Below, piece after piece: positions 1 through 11,181 of a stretch of DNA of 32,000 nt. The notes below the pieces were generated by a model. The model was not told the DNA's origin and made no database searches. It was given only the letters and a program-made list of their open reading frames with translations. Source of the stretch: Escherichia coli (GTDB lineage: Bacteria > Pseudomonadota > Gammaproteobacteria > Enterobacterales > Enterobacteriaceae); the NCBI RefSeq assembly GCF_045689345.1, contig NZ_CP137162.1. One strand, given 5' to 3'. The position numbers and the translations under genes are program-made. Numbering within the stretch: the stretch's first letter is position 1; each line of letters begins with the position of its first letter.

Positions 1-851
1 AGAGCGGTTTTCTGCGCTTCACCACCATTGGCGGCTGGTGGAATCAGTCGATGCTCAACCACCGGGTAACCATACGCACACACAAGGGATTTAAAATCCC
101 TGGTGTGATTGGTTCCGTCGCGCCTCATGCGTTAACGGAAAAGCAAAAGCAACAACCGCTGTCATTTGATGAGATGTTCATTGATATTGGCGCGAACAGT
201 CGCGAAGAAGCGGAAAAGCGCGGCGTTGAAATTGGCGATTTTATTAGCCCGGAAGCCAATTTTGCCTGCTGGGGCGAAGATAAAGTAGTCGGAAAGGCGC
301 TGGATAACCGCATCGGCTGCGCGATGATGGCGGAGCTACTACAGACAGTAAATAACCCAGAAATTACGCTGTACGGCGTTGGCAGTGTGGAAGAAGAAGT
401 TGGGCTACGCGGGGCACAAACCTCGGCGGAACACATTAAACCGGATGTGGTGATTGTGCTGGATACCGCTGTCGCAGGTGATGTTCCGGGCATTGATAAC
501 ATTAAATACCCGCTGAAACTGGGCCAGGGGCCGGGGCTGATGCTGTTTGACAAGCGCTACTTCCCCAACCAGAAACTGGTAGCAGTGTTAAAAAACTGTG
601 CCGCACATAACGATTTACCGCTGCAATTTTCCACCATGAAAACCGGAGCGACGGATGGCGGGCGCTACAACGTGATGGGCGGCGGGCGTCCGGTTGTCGC
701 GCTGTGTCTGCCAACTCGTTATCTGCACGCCAACAGCGGTATGATTTCAAAAGCCGATTACGATGCTCTGCTCACGCTGATACGGGGTTTTCTGACGACC
801 TTAACTGCGGAGAAAGTCAACGCGTTTAGCCAGTTCCGTCAGGTGGATTAA
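1..851 (+). CDS. frvX: FrvX, M42-family aminopeptidase/endo-1,4-beta-glucanase-like protein (5' truncated by window edge)
   Basis: Reading frame is open from base 3 upstream of the tracked ATG at 51 (SGFLRFTTIGGWWNQSMLNHRV...), so the gene starts outside the window. M42 peptidase-like motifs include ALDNRIGCAM, GSVEEEVGLRGA and TGATDGG. Followed by overlapping frvR. Confidence 0.9.
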   Translation, partial: SGFLRFTTIGGWWNQSMLNHRVTIRTHKGFKIPGVIGSVAPHALTEKQKQQPLSFDEMFIDIGANSREEAEKRGVEIGDFISPEANFACWGEDKVVGKALDNRIGCAMMAELLQTVNNPEITLYGVGSVEEEVGLRGAQTSAEHIKPDVVIVLDTAVAGDVPGIDNIKYPLKLGQGPGLMLFDKRYFPNQKLVAVLKNCAAHNDLPLQFSTMKTGATDGGRYNVMGGGRPVVALCLPTRYLHANSGMISKADYDALLTLIRGFLTTLTAEKVNAFSQFRQVD

Positions 852-2599
852 TGCTAAACGAACGCCAGTTAAAGATTGTCGATCTGCTGGAGCAACAGCC
901 GCGCACGCCTGGAGAGCTGGCGCAACAGACTGGCGTTTCAGGCAGGACCATCCTGCGTGATATTGACTATCTCAACTTCACCCTTAACGGCAAAGCCCGC
1001 ATTTTCGCCAGTGGTAGTGCGGGCTATCAGCTGGAAATCTTCGAGCGCCGCAGCTTTTTTCAGTTGCTGCAAAAGCACGATAACGACGATCGGCTGCTGG
1101 CACTGTTATTACTGAATACCTTTACTCCCCGTGCGCAACTCGCCTCGGCGCTTAATTTGCCAGAAACGTGGGTCGCAGAGCGTCTGCCCCGGTTAAAACA
1201 GCGTTATGAACGCGCTTGTTGCCTGGCCAGCCGCCCCGGTTTGGGCCATTTCATTGATGAGACAGAAGAGAAGCGCGTTATCTTGCTGGCGAACTTGCTG
1301 CGCAAAGATCCGTTTTTAATTCCGCTGGCGGGCGTAACACGAGACAACCTTCAGCATTTATCCACGGCCTGCGACAACCAACACCGCTGGCCGCTGATGC
1401 AGGGTGATTATCTCTCCAGCCTGATTCTGGCGATTTACGCCCTGCGTAATCAGCTTACTGACATATGGCCGCAATATCCCGGTAACGAGATAAAACAAAT
1501 CGTTGAACAGTGCGGCCTGTTTCTCGGTGATAACGCTGTAAGAACCCTGACGGGTTTGATAGAGAAACAGCATCAGCAAGCGCAGGTAATTTCAGCCGAT
1601 CATGTGCTGGGGTTGCTGCAAAGGGTGCCAGGCATCGCGTCATTGAATATTATTGATACGCAGTTGGTTGAGAATATTACCGGGCATTTATTACGTTGCC
1701 TTGCCGCACCGGTGTGGATTGCTGAGCACCGCCAAAGCAGCATGAATAACCTGAAAGCCGCCTGGCCTGCGGCCTTTGATATGAGTCTGCACTTTATTAC
1801 GCTACTGCGTGAACAGCTCGATATTCCCCTTTTCGACAGCGATCTGATCGGTTTGTATTTTGCCTGTGCGCTGGAACGGCATCAAAACGAACGCCAGCCG
1901 ATCATTTTGCTCTCGGACCAGAACGCGATTGCCACTATTAATCAGCTCGCCATTGAGCGCGATGTTTTACATTGTCGGGTGATTATTGCCCGTAGCTTAA
2001 GCGAACTTGTTGCCATTCGCGAAGAGATTGAGCCGTTATTGATCATTAACAACAGCCATTATTTACTGGATGACGCGGTAAATAATTACATCACCGTAAA
2101 AAATATCATTACGGCTGCCGGTATCGAACAAATAAAACATTTTCTGGCGACGGCATTTATTCGCCAACAGCCGGAGCGTTTTTTCTCTGCCCCCGGAAGT
2201 TTTCATTATTCGAATGTACGCGGTGAGAGCTGGCAACATATTACCCGGCAAATTTGTGCGCAATTAGTGGCACAACACCATATTACCGCCGATGAAGCAC
2301 AACGCATCATCGCCCGCGAAGGCGAAGGTGAAAACCTGATTGTTAATCGCCTCGCCATCCCACATTGCTGGAGCGAACAGGAGCGACGTTTTCGTGGATT
2401 TTTTATTACCCTCGCCCAACCAGTTGAGGTGAATAACGAAGTCATTAACCATGTCTTGATCGCCTGCGCCGCCGCCGATGCGCGTCATGAGCTAAAAATA
2501 TTTAGCTATCTGGCAAGCGTATTGTGTCAGCATCCGGCAGAGGTTATTGCCGGGTTAACAGGATATGAGGCATTTATGGAGTTACTTCACAAGGGGTGA
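851..2599 (+). CDS. frvR: FrvR, putative frv operon regulator (DeoR-like HTH, PRD domains, PTS EIIA-like C-terminus)
   Basis: 582 aa ORF with N-terminal HTH (PRTPGELAQQTGVSGRTILRDIDYLN). Start overlaps the frvX stop (TAATG). Confidence 0.9.
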   Translation: MLNERQLKIVDLLEQQPRTPGELAQQTGVSGRTILRDIDYLNFTLNGKARIFASGSAGYQLEIFERRSFFQLLQKHDNDDRLLALLLLNTFTPRAQLASALNLPETWVAERLPRLKQRYERACCLASRPGLGHFIDETEEKRVILLANLLRKDPFLIPLAGVTRDNLQHLSTACDNQHRWPLMQGDYLSSLILAIYALRNQLTDIWPQYPGNEIKQIVEQCGLFLGDNAVRTLTGLIEKQHQQAQVISADHVLGLLQRVPGIASLNIIDTQLVENITGHLLRCLAAPVWIAEHRQSSMNNLKAAWPAAFDMSLHFITLLREQLDIPLFDSDLIGLYFACALERHQNERQPIILLSDQNAIATINQLAIERDVLHCRVIIARSLSELVAIREEIEPLLIINNSHYLLDDAVNNYITVKNIITAAGIEQIKHFLATAFIRQQPERFFSAPGSFHYSNVRGESWQHITRQICAQLVAQHHITADEAQRIIAREGEGENLIVNRLAIPHCWSEQERRFRGFFITLAQPVEVNNEVINHVLIACAAADARHELKIFSYLASVLCQHPAEVIAGLTGYEAFMELLHKG

Positions 2600-2602
2600 A
2601 CT

Positions 2603-2627
2603 GTGTCGGATGCGCCGCATCCGACAC
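2603..2627. repeat. REP-like palindrome between convergent frvR and yiiG
   Basis: GTGTCGGATGCG-C-CGCATCCGACAC, perfect 12-bp arms with a 1-nt centre. REP-like core GGATGCG..CGCATCC. Confidence 0.75.
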
Positions 2628-2648
2628 TGCATTTATCATCAAAAACGT

Positions 2649-3689
2649 TTAACGCAGGCTATTATAGTCATCAACCATTTCGTTGTACTCGCGTAATGCT
2701 CTCGGGAAAGAGTCGTCGACCATCCAGCTTGAGTTTGCGTCCTGCAGTTGCTCTTTATCCCAGTCAGAGTACGGGACTTTATCTCTGACGCGGCGAACGT
2801 ATTTTTTAGCCTCGAGTTGATACTGGCCTGCCGAATTAATAAACGAGAAATTCATGCCGCCTTTATCCGCTTCTTTGGCCTGCGCCACCAGCGTTTCCAG
2901 TTCAGACACTTTCTTCATTGCCGCTTCTGCATCAAACTTATCTTGCGATATCAGGTTATTAATTTGTTTCGCTGAAATCATGACTGCCAGAGAGTAATAG
3001 TGGAATGTTTTCCCTTCTCTTTCTTCAATATTTTTCAGTTCCGCAAGCTGGCGCTTATCGTTAATTTCCTGAATCGCCGCATGATAAGATTCTGCTACAG
3101 CTTCAAAGGCTTCCAGATTTTTTAAGAATGTCTGGTGCAGCGTTTTCCCTTTCGCAAACGCATCGTCTTTATAATTTTCCTGGGTGTAATATTTATCCAT
3201 TTCGTTAATGGTATTACCCAACGCCACGGCAGCATCGATATAACTCACCGCCACGCCATCAATAGGTTGCAGCGCAGGCGTTAACGCCACAGCACTTTTT
3301 ACGCCTTTTTCACACTCAGCGAGGTTGGATTCACTAATGCCGTAGATGCCATAAACAGTACGCTCTTCACCGGTAGGCCCCTGTTTAAAATCTTTCAGCC
3401 AGTCAGCATAACGCGCCAGACTGCTCTGTACAGGGATCTGTAACTTGTTATAGCACTTGATATAGACATCCATTTTTTCGTCGAAAACCGCTTGTTCATC
3501 GACCACCGGTTGCGCAGGTGTTTCAGGTTTAGCTTCTGCTTTTGCAACGGGAGCTTCAGGAGCTGGTGCGGCAGGTTGACTATTGGCAGGCGGGGGCGTT
3601 TCTGTTTCGGCTTTTTTATCATCACAACCCGTCAGACCGAGGGCCATGATGGCGACTATAATAGCGGAAGATAATAAATTCCTTTTCAT
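2649..3689 (-). CDS. yiiG: YiiG, DUF3829 family putative lipoprotein
   Basis: 346 aa with a lipoprotein signal peptide and lipobox (MKRNLLSSAIIVAIMALGLTGC), then a Pro/Ala/Glu-rich linker. Confidence 0.88.
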   Translation of the reverse strand: MKRNLLSSAIIVAIMALGLTGCDDKKAETETPPPANSQPAAPAPEAPVAKAEAKPETPAQPVVDEQAVFDEKMDVYIKCYNKLQIPVQSSLARYADWLKDFKQGPTGEERTVYGIYGISESNLAECEKGVKSAVALTPALQPIDGVAVSYIDAAVALGNTINEMDKYYTQENYKDDAFAKGKTLHQTFLKNLEAFEAVAESYHAAIQEINDKRQLAELKNIEEREGKTFHYYSLAVMISAKQINNLISQDKFDAEAAMKKVSELETLVAQAKEADKGGMNFSFINSAGQYQLEAKKYVRRVRDKVPYSDWDKEQLQDANSSWMVDDSFPRALREYNEMVDDYNSLR

Positions 3690-3798
3690 TTAATTGCCTT
3701 ATAAATATATAGATAAGAGAGTGAACATAATAAATGAAAAAAGAAAACGCCACTACACGCGTTTTATTTATAAATAAAATAATAAAATTCACGAAATG

Positions 3799-3837
3799 AA
3801 TAAGTCCTGCAATTTAATATATATCGCAGGACTTATT
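3799..3837 (-). terminator. Stem-loop downstream of fdhD, probable terminator
   Basis: AATAAGTCCTGC (3799-3810) and GCAGGACTTATT (3826-3837) are perfect 12-bp arms, starting 4 nt past the fdhD stop. The U tract is weak. Confidence 0.65.
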
Positions 3838-3841
3838 TTAA

Positions 3842-4675
3842 TTAATTGCTCAAACGCTGCGGATGGGTATAAACCGTTGCCCGACCCGGCTTACAAAAAC
3901 CCACCAGCGTCAGATTACAACGCTCAGCCACTTCTACAGCAAGCGTGGTCGCGGCAGACACCGCAAACAAAATCTCTACGCCGCACATCGCCGACTTTTG
4001 CACCATTTCATAACTGGCACGACTGGAAACCAGTACCGCACCTTGCTGCCAGCTTTCCCCTTCTTGTGACCGGCGGCCTAACAGTTTGTCCAGCGCCACA
4101 TGGCGACCCACGTCTTCATGCCCGCCGACCAGTTCGCCAGATGGCAACATCCAGGCAGCGGCGTGAGTACAACCAGTCAGTTGCCCCACTGGCTGAAAAT
4201 CGTTGAGATGACGTAATGCATCATCCAGTTTGTTGAGATCAAACGTCTGGGTGAACGGTAGCGGCTGCACCGGTTTTCCGATGTCATTAAGTTGCTCCAC
4301 GCCGCATACGCCACAGCCCGTACGTCCCGCCAGCGCCCGGCGGCGCTCCTTCAACCCCATAAAGCGGCGGCTGGAAAGCTCAATTTGTACTTCAAGACCA
4401 TTACAGGAAGGAACGACATCCATGCCGAAGATATCGCGCGGACTTTCTATTATCCCCTCGGAAAGCGAAAAACCGAGCGCAAAGTACTCAAGGTCTTTGG
4501 GCGACGCCATCATCACCACATGCGAAATGCCGTTGTAGACCAGCGCAACGGGAACTTCTTCCGCGACCTCATCTAACCGTGGGTGTTGTAAATCATCACG
4601 CCGCCATAACTCAATTTGACGAACACCTGTGATATTTGTCACATTTTCGATTTCTTTTTGCTGTGTTTTTTTCAC
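3842..4675 (-). CDS. fdhD: FdhD, sulfurtransferase/accessory protein for formate dehydrogenase
   Basis: 277 aa with conserved [13 protein letters not shown] (Cys-x-x-Cys) and [12 protein letters not shown]. Divergent to fdoG. Confidence 0.95.
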
Positions 4676-4868
4676 TTTCTCTTAACCAGATAAGAACACA
4701 CACACCAACATTATGGTATTCTGTTACAAACCCTTCCTGGATGGAGGGAAATTGAGCCAATTCTGGACCTTTGCGGCCCCTTCCGCAAAGAAAAATAACT
4801 CCCACTCCCTGCACACGCAGCAAGCGAATGTAAATGGGACGTGACAATGTCGAAACAAGGAGCAATCC

Positions 4869-7800
4869 ATGCAGGTCAGCAGAAGGCAGTTCTTTAAGAT
4901 CTGCGCTGGCGGTATGGCAGGCACCACGGCAGCGGCACTGGGTTTTGCACCCAGCGTAGCGCTCGCGGAAACCCGGCAGTATAAACTGCTGCGCACCCGC
5001 GAAACCCGTAATACCTGCACCTATTGTTCCGTAGGCTGTGGGCTGTTGATGTACAGCCTCGGTGACGGAGCAAAAAACGCCAAAGCATCTATCTTCCATA
5101 TCGAAGGCGATCCGGATCACCCGGTCAACCGCGGTGCACTTTGTCCGAAAGGCGCTGGCCTGGTGGATTTCATCCACTCTGAAAGCCGTCTGAAGTTTCC
5201 GGAATACCGTGCGCCAGGTTCTGATAAATGGCAGCAAATCAGTTGGGAAGAGGCGTTTGATCGCATCGCCAAACTGATGAAAGAAGACCGCGATGCTAAC
5301 TACATTGCGCAAAACGCCGAAGGCGTGACTGTTAACCGCTGGCTCTCCACCGGGATGCTGTGTGCTTCCGCGTCGAGTAACGAAACCGGCTATTTAACGC
5401 AAAAATTCTCCCGCGCGCTGGGTATGCTCGCGGTCGACAACCAGGCGCGTGTCTGACACGGACCAACGGTAGCAAGTCTTGCTCCAACATTTGGTCGCGG
5501 TGCGATGACCAACCACTGGGTCGACATCAAGAACGCCAACCTCGTCGTGGTGATGGGCGGTAACGCCGCTGAAGCTCACCCGGTCGGGTTCCGCTGGGCG
5601 ATGGAAGCCAAAATTCACAACGGCGCGAAGCTGATTGTGATCGATCCTCGCTTTACGCGTACGGCGGCGGTAGCTGACTACTATGCCCCTATTCGTTCCG
5701 GTACTGACATTGCTTTCCTGTCAGGCGTATTGCTGTACCTGCTGAACAATGAAAAATTCAACCGCGAATACACCGAAGCCTATACCAACGCCAGCCTGAT
5801 AGTGCGTGAGGATTACGGCTTTGAAGATGGCCTGTTCACCGGCTACGACGCGGAAAAACGCAAGTACGATAAATCCTCCTGGACTTATGAACTGGACGAA
5901 AACGGCTTCGCCAAACGCGATACCACGCTGCAACATCCGCGCTGCGTGTGGAACTTGCTGAAACAGCACGTTTCCCGCTACACGCCAGATGTGGTTGAAA
6001 ACATCTGTGGTACGCCAAAAGACGCGTTCCTGAAAGTCTGCGAATACATCGCAGAAACCAGTGCTCACGATAAAACTGCCTCGTTCCTGTATGCCCTCGG
6101 CTGGACGCAACACTCCGTTGGTGCGCAAAACATTCGTACGATGGCGATGATCCAGCTGCTGCTCGGCAATATGGGGATGGCCGGCGGCGGCGTTAACGCC
6201 CTGCGCGGTCACTCCAATATTCAGGGGCTGACGGACCTGGGGCTACTGTCGCAGAGTCTGCCAGGTTACATGACGCTGCCAAGCGAGAAGCAGACCGATC
6301 TGCAAACCTACCTTACCGCCAACACGCCAAAACCGCTGCTGGAAGGCCAGGTAAACTACTGGGGCAACTACCCGAAATTCTTCGTCTCTATGATGAAGGC
6401 CTTCTTTGGTGATAAAGCGACGGCGGAAAATAGCTGGGGCTTTGACTGGTTGCCGAAGTGGGATAAAGGCTACGACGTCCTGCAGTACTTCGAGATGATG
6501 AAAGAGGGCAAGGTCAATGGCTATATCTGCCAGGGCTTTAACCCTGTTGCCTCATTCCCGAACAAAAACAAAGTGATCGGTTGTCTGTCGAAACTGAAGT
6601 TCCTCGTCACCATCGACCCACTGAACACTGAAACCTCTAACTTCTGGCAGAACCACGGTGAGCTGAACGAAGTTGACTCGTCGAAGATCCAGACCGAAGT
6701 GTTCCGTCTGCCATCGACCTGCTTCGCAGAAGAGAACGGTTCAATCGTTAACTCAGGTCGCTGGTTGCAGTGGCACTGGAAAGGTGCGGACGCCCCGGGG
6801 ATTGCGCTGACTGATGGCGAGATCCTCTCCGGTATCTTCCTGCGCTTGCGCAAGATGTATGCCGAACAGGGTGGCGCGAACCCGGACCAGGTGCTGAACA
6901 TGACCTGGAACTACGCCATTCCGCATGAGCCGAAGTCGGAAGAAGTAGCGATGGAGAGCAACGGTAAGGCGCTGGCCGATATTACCGATCCGGCAACCGG
7001 TGCGGTTATCGTCAAGAAAGGCCAACAACTTAGCTCGTTCGCCCAATTGCGCGATGACGGTACAACCTCCTGTGGCTGCTGGATTTTCGCCGGTAGCTGG
7101 ACGCCGGAAGGCAACCAGATGGCGCGTCGTGATAACGCCGATCCGTCTGGCCTCGGTAACACGCTGGGCTGGGCATGGGCATGGCCGCTTAACCGCCGCA
7201 TTCTGTATAACCGCGCCTCCGCAGATCCGCAGGGTAACCCGTGGGATCCGAAGCGTCAGTTGCTGAAATGGGACGGCACTAAGTGGACCGGCTGGGATAT
7301 TCCGGACTACAGCGCAGCGCCTCCGGGTAGCGGCGTCGGGCCGTTTATCATGCAGCAGGAAGGCATGGGGCGTCTGTTTGCCCTCGATAAGATGGCGGAA
7401 GGTCCGTTCCCGGAACACTACGAGCCGTTTGAAACGCCGCTGGGAACTAACCCGCTGCATCCAAACGTTATCTCGAACCCGGCTGCACGTATCTTTAAAG
7501 ACGACGCCGAAGCATTGGGTAAAGCCGATAAGTTCCCGTATGTCGGAACCACCTATCGTCTGACCGAGCACTTCCACTACTGGACCAAACACGCGCTGTT
7601 GAACGCGATTTTGCAACCAGAGCAGTTTGTGGAAATCGGGGAGTCGCTGGCGAATAAACTTGGCATTGCCCAGGGCGATACCGTGAAAGTCTCCTCCAAC
7701 CGTGGCTATATCAAAGCCAAAGCGGTGGTGACCAAACGTATTCGTACGCTGAAAGCGAACGGCAAAGATATCGATACCATCGGTATTCCGATTCACTGGG

Positions 7801-7919
7801 GTTATGAAGGCGTAGCTAAAAAAGGCTTTATTGCCAATACGTTAACGCCATTCGTTGGTGATGCGAACACGCAGACGCCGGAGTTTAAGTCCTTCCTTGT
7901 GAATGTGGAAAAGGTGTAA
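4869..7919 (+). CDS. fdoG: Formate dehydrogenase-O major (alpha) subunit, molybdopterin selenoprotein, Tat-exported. In-frame TGA (Sec) at 5454-5456
   Basis: Twin-arginine signal MQVSRRQFFKICAGG; N-terminal 4Fe-4S motif CTYCSVGCGLLMY. Frame 4869-5456 (195 aa) ends NQARV, then TGA, then HGPTVASLAPTFGRGAMTNHWVD in the same frame into the 804-aa ORF. Combined 1016 aa including Sec. Confidence 0.97.
5454..5496 (+). promoter_or_regulatory. Bacterial SECIS element directing Sec insertion at TGA 5454-5456
   Basis: TGA followed by CACG and GACCAA(5461-5466)...TTGGTC(5491-5496), enclosing AGCAA-GTC-TTGCT (5471-5483). Fits the SelB-type hairpin layout immediately after UGA. Confidence 0.85.
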
Positions 7920-7931
7920 CGGAGACGACAT

Positions 7932-8834
7932 ATGGCTTATCAATCTCAAGATATCATTCGTCGTTCCGCGACTAACGGTCTGACCCCCGCGCCTCAGGCG
8001 CGGGACTTCCAGGAAGAAGTGGCGAAACTCATCGACGTCACCACCTGTATCGGCTGTAAAGCCTGTCAGGTGGCGTGTTCAGAGTGGAACGACATTCGCG
8101 ATACCGTCGGCAATAATATTGGGGTGTACGACAACCCCAATGATTTAAGCGCCAAATCGTGGACGGTGATGCGCTTCTCGGAAGTGGAGCAGAACGACAA
8201 ACTGGAATGGCTGATCCGCAAAGACGGCTGTATGCACTGTTCCGATCCAGGCTGCCTGAAAGCGTGCCCGGCGGAAGGTGCAATTATTCAGTATGCCAAC
8301 GGTATCGTCGACTTCCAGTCCGAGCAGTGCATTGGCTGCGGTTATTGCATTGCGGGCTGTCCGTTCGACATTCCGCGCCTCAACCCGGAAGACAACCGCG
8401 TCTACAAATGTACGCTGTGCGTTGACCGCGTGGTGGTTGGGCAAGAACCAGCCTGCGTGAAGACCTGCCCAACGGGCGCGATTCACTTCGGTACGAAAGA
8501 GTCGATGAAAACGCTGGCGAGCGAGCGCGTTGCTGAGCTGAAAACCCGCGGTTACGACAATGCGGGTCTGTACGATCCGGCAGGCGTCGGTGGTACACAC
8601 GTCATGTACGTGCTGCACCATGCTGACAAGCCAAATCTGTATCATGGCTTGCCGGAGAACCCGGAAATCAGCGAAACCGTGAAATTCTGGAAAGGCATCT
8701 GGAAACCGCTCGCGGCTGTTGGCTTTGCGGCTACCTTTGCGGCCAGTATCTTCCACTACGTGGGTGTCGGTCCGAACCGTGCGGATGAGGAAGAGAATAA
8801 TCTGCACGAAGAGAAAGACGAGGAGCGCAAATGA
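7932..8834 (+). CDS. fdoH: Formate dehydrogenase-O iron-sulfur (beta) subunit
   Basis: 300 aa with several ferredoxin-type cysteine clusters ([57 protein letters not shown]) and a C-terminal TM segment. Confidence 0.96.
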
Positions 8835-9466
8835 AACGACGTGACACCATCGTGCGCTACACCGCGCCGGAACGTATCAACCACTGGATCACCGCCTTCT
8901 GCTTCATCCTGGCGGCGGTGAGCGGGCTGGGCTTTTTGTTCCCGTCCTTCAACTGGTTGATGCAAATCATGGGCACACCGCAGCTGGCGCGAATTCTGCA
9001 CCCGTTTGTCGGCGTGGTTATGTTTGCCTCGTTCATCATCATGTTTTTCCGTTACTGGCATCACAACCTAATCAATCGGGATGATATCTTTTGGGCGAAG
9101 AATATTCGTAAGATCGTCGTCAACGAGGAAGTAGGTGACACCGGGCGTTATAACTTCGGTCAGAAATGCGTTTTCTGGGCGGCGATTATTTTCCTGGTTC
9201 TGCTGCTGGTGAGCGGCGTGATTATCTGGCGTCCTTATTTTGCGCCTGCTTTCTCAATCCCGGTGATCCGATTCGCGTTAATGCTGCATTCATTTGCCGC
9301 AGTGGCGTTAATTGTGGTTATCATGGTGCATATCTACGCCGCCCTTTGGGTGAAAGGCACGATTACCGCCATGGTGGAAGGATGGGTTACCAGCGCCTGG
9401 GCGAAGAAACATCACCCGCGCTGGTACCGTGAGGTCCGCAAGACAACGGAAAAGAAAGCTGAATGA
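8831..9466 (+). CDS. fdoI: Formate dehydrogenase-O cytochrome b556 (gamma) subunit
   Basis: 211 aa, multiple TM helices, overlaps the fdoH stop; typical FdnI/FdoI sequence. Confidence 0.95.
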
Positions 9467-10392
9467 GTATTCGCATAATCCCGCAAGATGAGCTGGGTTC
9501 GAGCGAGAAACGTACGGCGGATATGATTCCGCCGTTATTGTTCCCTCGGCTCAAGAATTTATACAACCGCCGCGCCGAACGTCTGCGCGAGCTGGCAGAA
9601 AATAATCCGCTGGGTGATTACCTGCGCTTTGCTGCGCTTATCGCCCACGCCCAGGAAGTGGTGCTGTACGACCATCCGCTGGAGATGGATCTGACCGCGC
9701 GCATTAAAGAAGCCAGCGCACAGGGCAAGCCCCCGCTGGATATTCACGTTCTGCCGCGTGATAAGCACTGGCAAAAGCTGCTGATGGCGCTGATTGCTGA
9801 GCTGAAACCTGAAATGAGCGGCCCGGCGCTGGCAGTGATTGAGAATCTGGAGAAGGCATCGACTCAGGAGCTGGAAGATATGGCCAGCGCACTGTTTGCC
9901 TCTGATTTCTCATCCGTCAGCAGCGATAAAGCGCCGTTTATCTGGGCTGCACTGTCGCTCTACTGGGCGCAGATGGCCAATCTGATCCCCGGCAAAGCCC
10001 GCGCTGAATACGGCGAGCAACGTCAATATTGCCCGGTTTGTGGTTCTATGCCGGTGTCCAGCATGGTGCAAATTGGCACCACTCAGGGTCTGCGTTACCT
10101 GCACTGCAACCTGTGTGAAACCGAATGGCACGTAGTGCGCGTAAAATGCAGCAACTGCGAGCAGAGCGGCAAACTGCATTACTGGTCGCTGGATGACGAA
10201 CAGGCCGCGATTAAAGCCGAAAGCTGCGATGACTGCGGCACTTACCTGAAGATTCTTTATCAGGAAAAAGAACCGAAAGTTGAAGCCGTGGCAGATGACC
10301 TCGCTTCTCTGGTACTGGACGCGCGAATGGAGCAAGAAGGCTATGCCCGCAGTTCCATCAACCCGTTCCTGTTTCCGGGTGAAGGGGAGTAA
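9463..10392 (+). CDS. fdhE: FdhE, formate dehydrogenase accessory protein
   Basis: 309 aa with four CxxC pairs (CPVCG, CNLCE, CSNCE, CDDCG). Overlaps the fdoI stop. Confidence 0.95.
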   Translation: MSIRIIPQDELGSSEKRTADMIPPLLFPRLKNLYNRRAERLRELAENNPLGDYLRFAALIAHAQEVVLYDHPLEMDLTARIKEASAQGKPPLDIHVLPRDKHWQKLLMALIAELKPEMSGPALAVIENLEKASTQELEDMASALFASDFSSVSSDKAPFIWAALSLYWAQMANLIPGKARAEYGEQRQYCPVCGSMPVSSMVQIGTTQGLRYLHCNLCETEWHVVRVKCSNCEQSGKLHYWSLDDEQAAIKAESCDDCGTYLKILYQEKEPKVEAVADDLASLVLDARMEQEGYARSSINPFLFPGEGE

Positions 10393-10572
10393 TCTCTGAC
10401 GTTTTCCGGGTGGCGCTGGTCGCCCGGATTACAGCTCATAGGGTGTGACGACACTATCTCTCGTATTCCGCGTTACCACCTCAAGCTATGCCGCCAGTGC
10501 CGGTTTGGCCTCAATTTACCCACCACCACATCAATAAGGTTATGGGCATGAGACTGATGACAAGCGTAAGAT

Positions 10573-10602
10573 TGCCTGATGCGCTGCGCTTATCAGGCCT
10601 AC
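10573..10602. repeat. REP element (first of a pair)
   Basis: TGCCTGATGCGCTGCGCTTATCAGGCCTAC, REP consensus-like. Confidence 0.85.
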
Positions 10603-10637
10603 CAATAAACTGCAATACATTGAATTTATACGACTTT

Positions 10638-10672
10638 GTAGGCCGGATAAGGCGTTCACGCCGCATCCGGCA
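10638..10672. repeat. REP element (second of a pair, inverted to the first); together a BIME
   Basis: GTAGGCCGGATAAGGCGTTCACGCCGCATCCGGCA core. Confidence 0.88.
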
Positions 10673-10721
10673 TGAACAACGCGCACGTTGTCAGCAATCT
10701 GATTGACATCATTTTTTCCCA

Positions 10722-10940
10722 TTACCATTCCTCGCGCAGCTTACGCTGATATTCGACACCATCTTCCTCACACCCTTGCCAGATGCCAGGAACACTGGTT
10801 CTTGCTGTTTGCGATTGATTTATCAGGTATTGATCTACCGCTTCCCTTAATAGGTCCGCACGAGGAAGATTACGCTGCACCTCGAGATCATCAAGTTGCT
10901 TAATCACCTCATTCGATAAATCGAGTAAAATTCTGCCCAT
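10722..10940 (-). CDS. yiiF: YiiF, small ribbon-helix-helix (CopG/MetJ-Arc type) putative transcriptional regulator
   Basis: [39 protein letters not shown]... RHH signature; the tracked ORF begins 8 codons upstream at 10964. Start not certain. Confidence 0.8.
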
Positions 10941-11055
10941 ATCTATACCTGCCAGAGAGTTCATAAATATCTCGCCAATATCATTTTTGAATCTATGGAG
11001 AGAAAAGTACCCTTGCCGAATCTTTAAAGAAAGCTCATTTACGCATCATTTTTTA

Positions 11056-11098
11056 TTTTTGCGAGGCGTTTTCCAGATATGATGTAACAGTTGCAGTT
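11056..11098. repeat. Upstream duplicated block, copy A (yiiF side)
   Basis: TTTTTGCGAGGCGTTTTCCAGA + 12 nt + GTTGCAGTT. The same two elements with the same spacing occur at 11494-11536. Confidence 0.8.
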
Positions 11099-11181
11099 AT
11101 TATAAGTTCAAGTAAAACAGCCTTGTATTAATACCAGAATAAGGGCATCTGTTTTTTATATTCAAGAATGAAAAATTTTTG

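Noticed and set aside
2603-2627. Possible regulator binding palindrome between frvR and yiiG
   Set aside because: Matches a REP-type palindrome between convergent genes; more likely a REP remnant or transcript-end element than an operator.
3796-4206. 136-aa plus-strand ORF with a lipoprotein-like start ([21 protein letters not shown])
   Set aside because: Overlaps the 3' half of fdhD on the opposite strand and begins inside the fdhD terminator hairpin. The signal-like start looks fortuitous.
5457-5504. Possible frameshift or pseudogene break in fdoG
   Set aside because: No frameshift: the single in-frame TGA has selenoprotein context and a SECIS-like hairpin.
6753-7796. 347-aa minus-strand ORF antisense to fdoG
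   Set aside because: Lies wholly within fdoG on the opposite strand, shows no recognisable family and has the Arg-rich composition of a GC-rich shadow frame.
8145-8807. 220-aa minus-strand ORF antisense to fdoH
   Set aside because: Shadow ORF of a clearly conserved iron-sulfur protein.
10573-10672. Possible CRISPR-like or novel repeat array
   Set aside because: The two units are REP palindromes in inverted orientation, a standard BIME, without regular repeat-spacer structure.
10488-10728. ORFs 10488..10706 (+) and 10540..10728 (-)
   Set aside because: Both run through the REP pair downstream of fdhE and have no recognisable domain.
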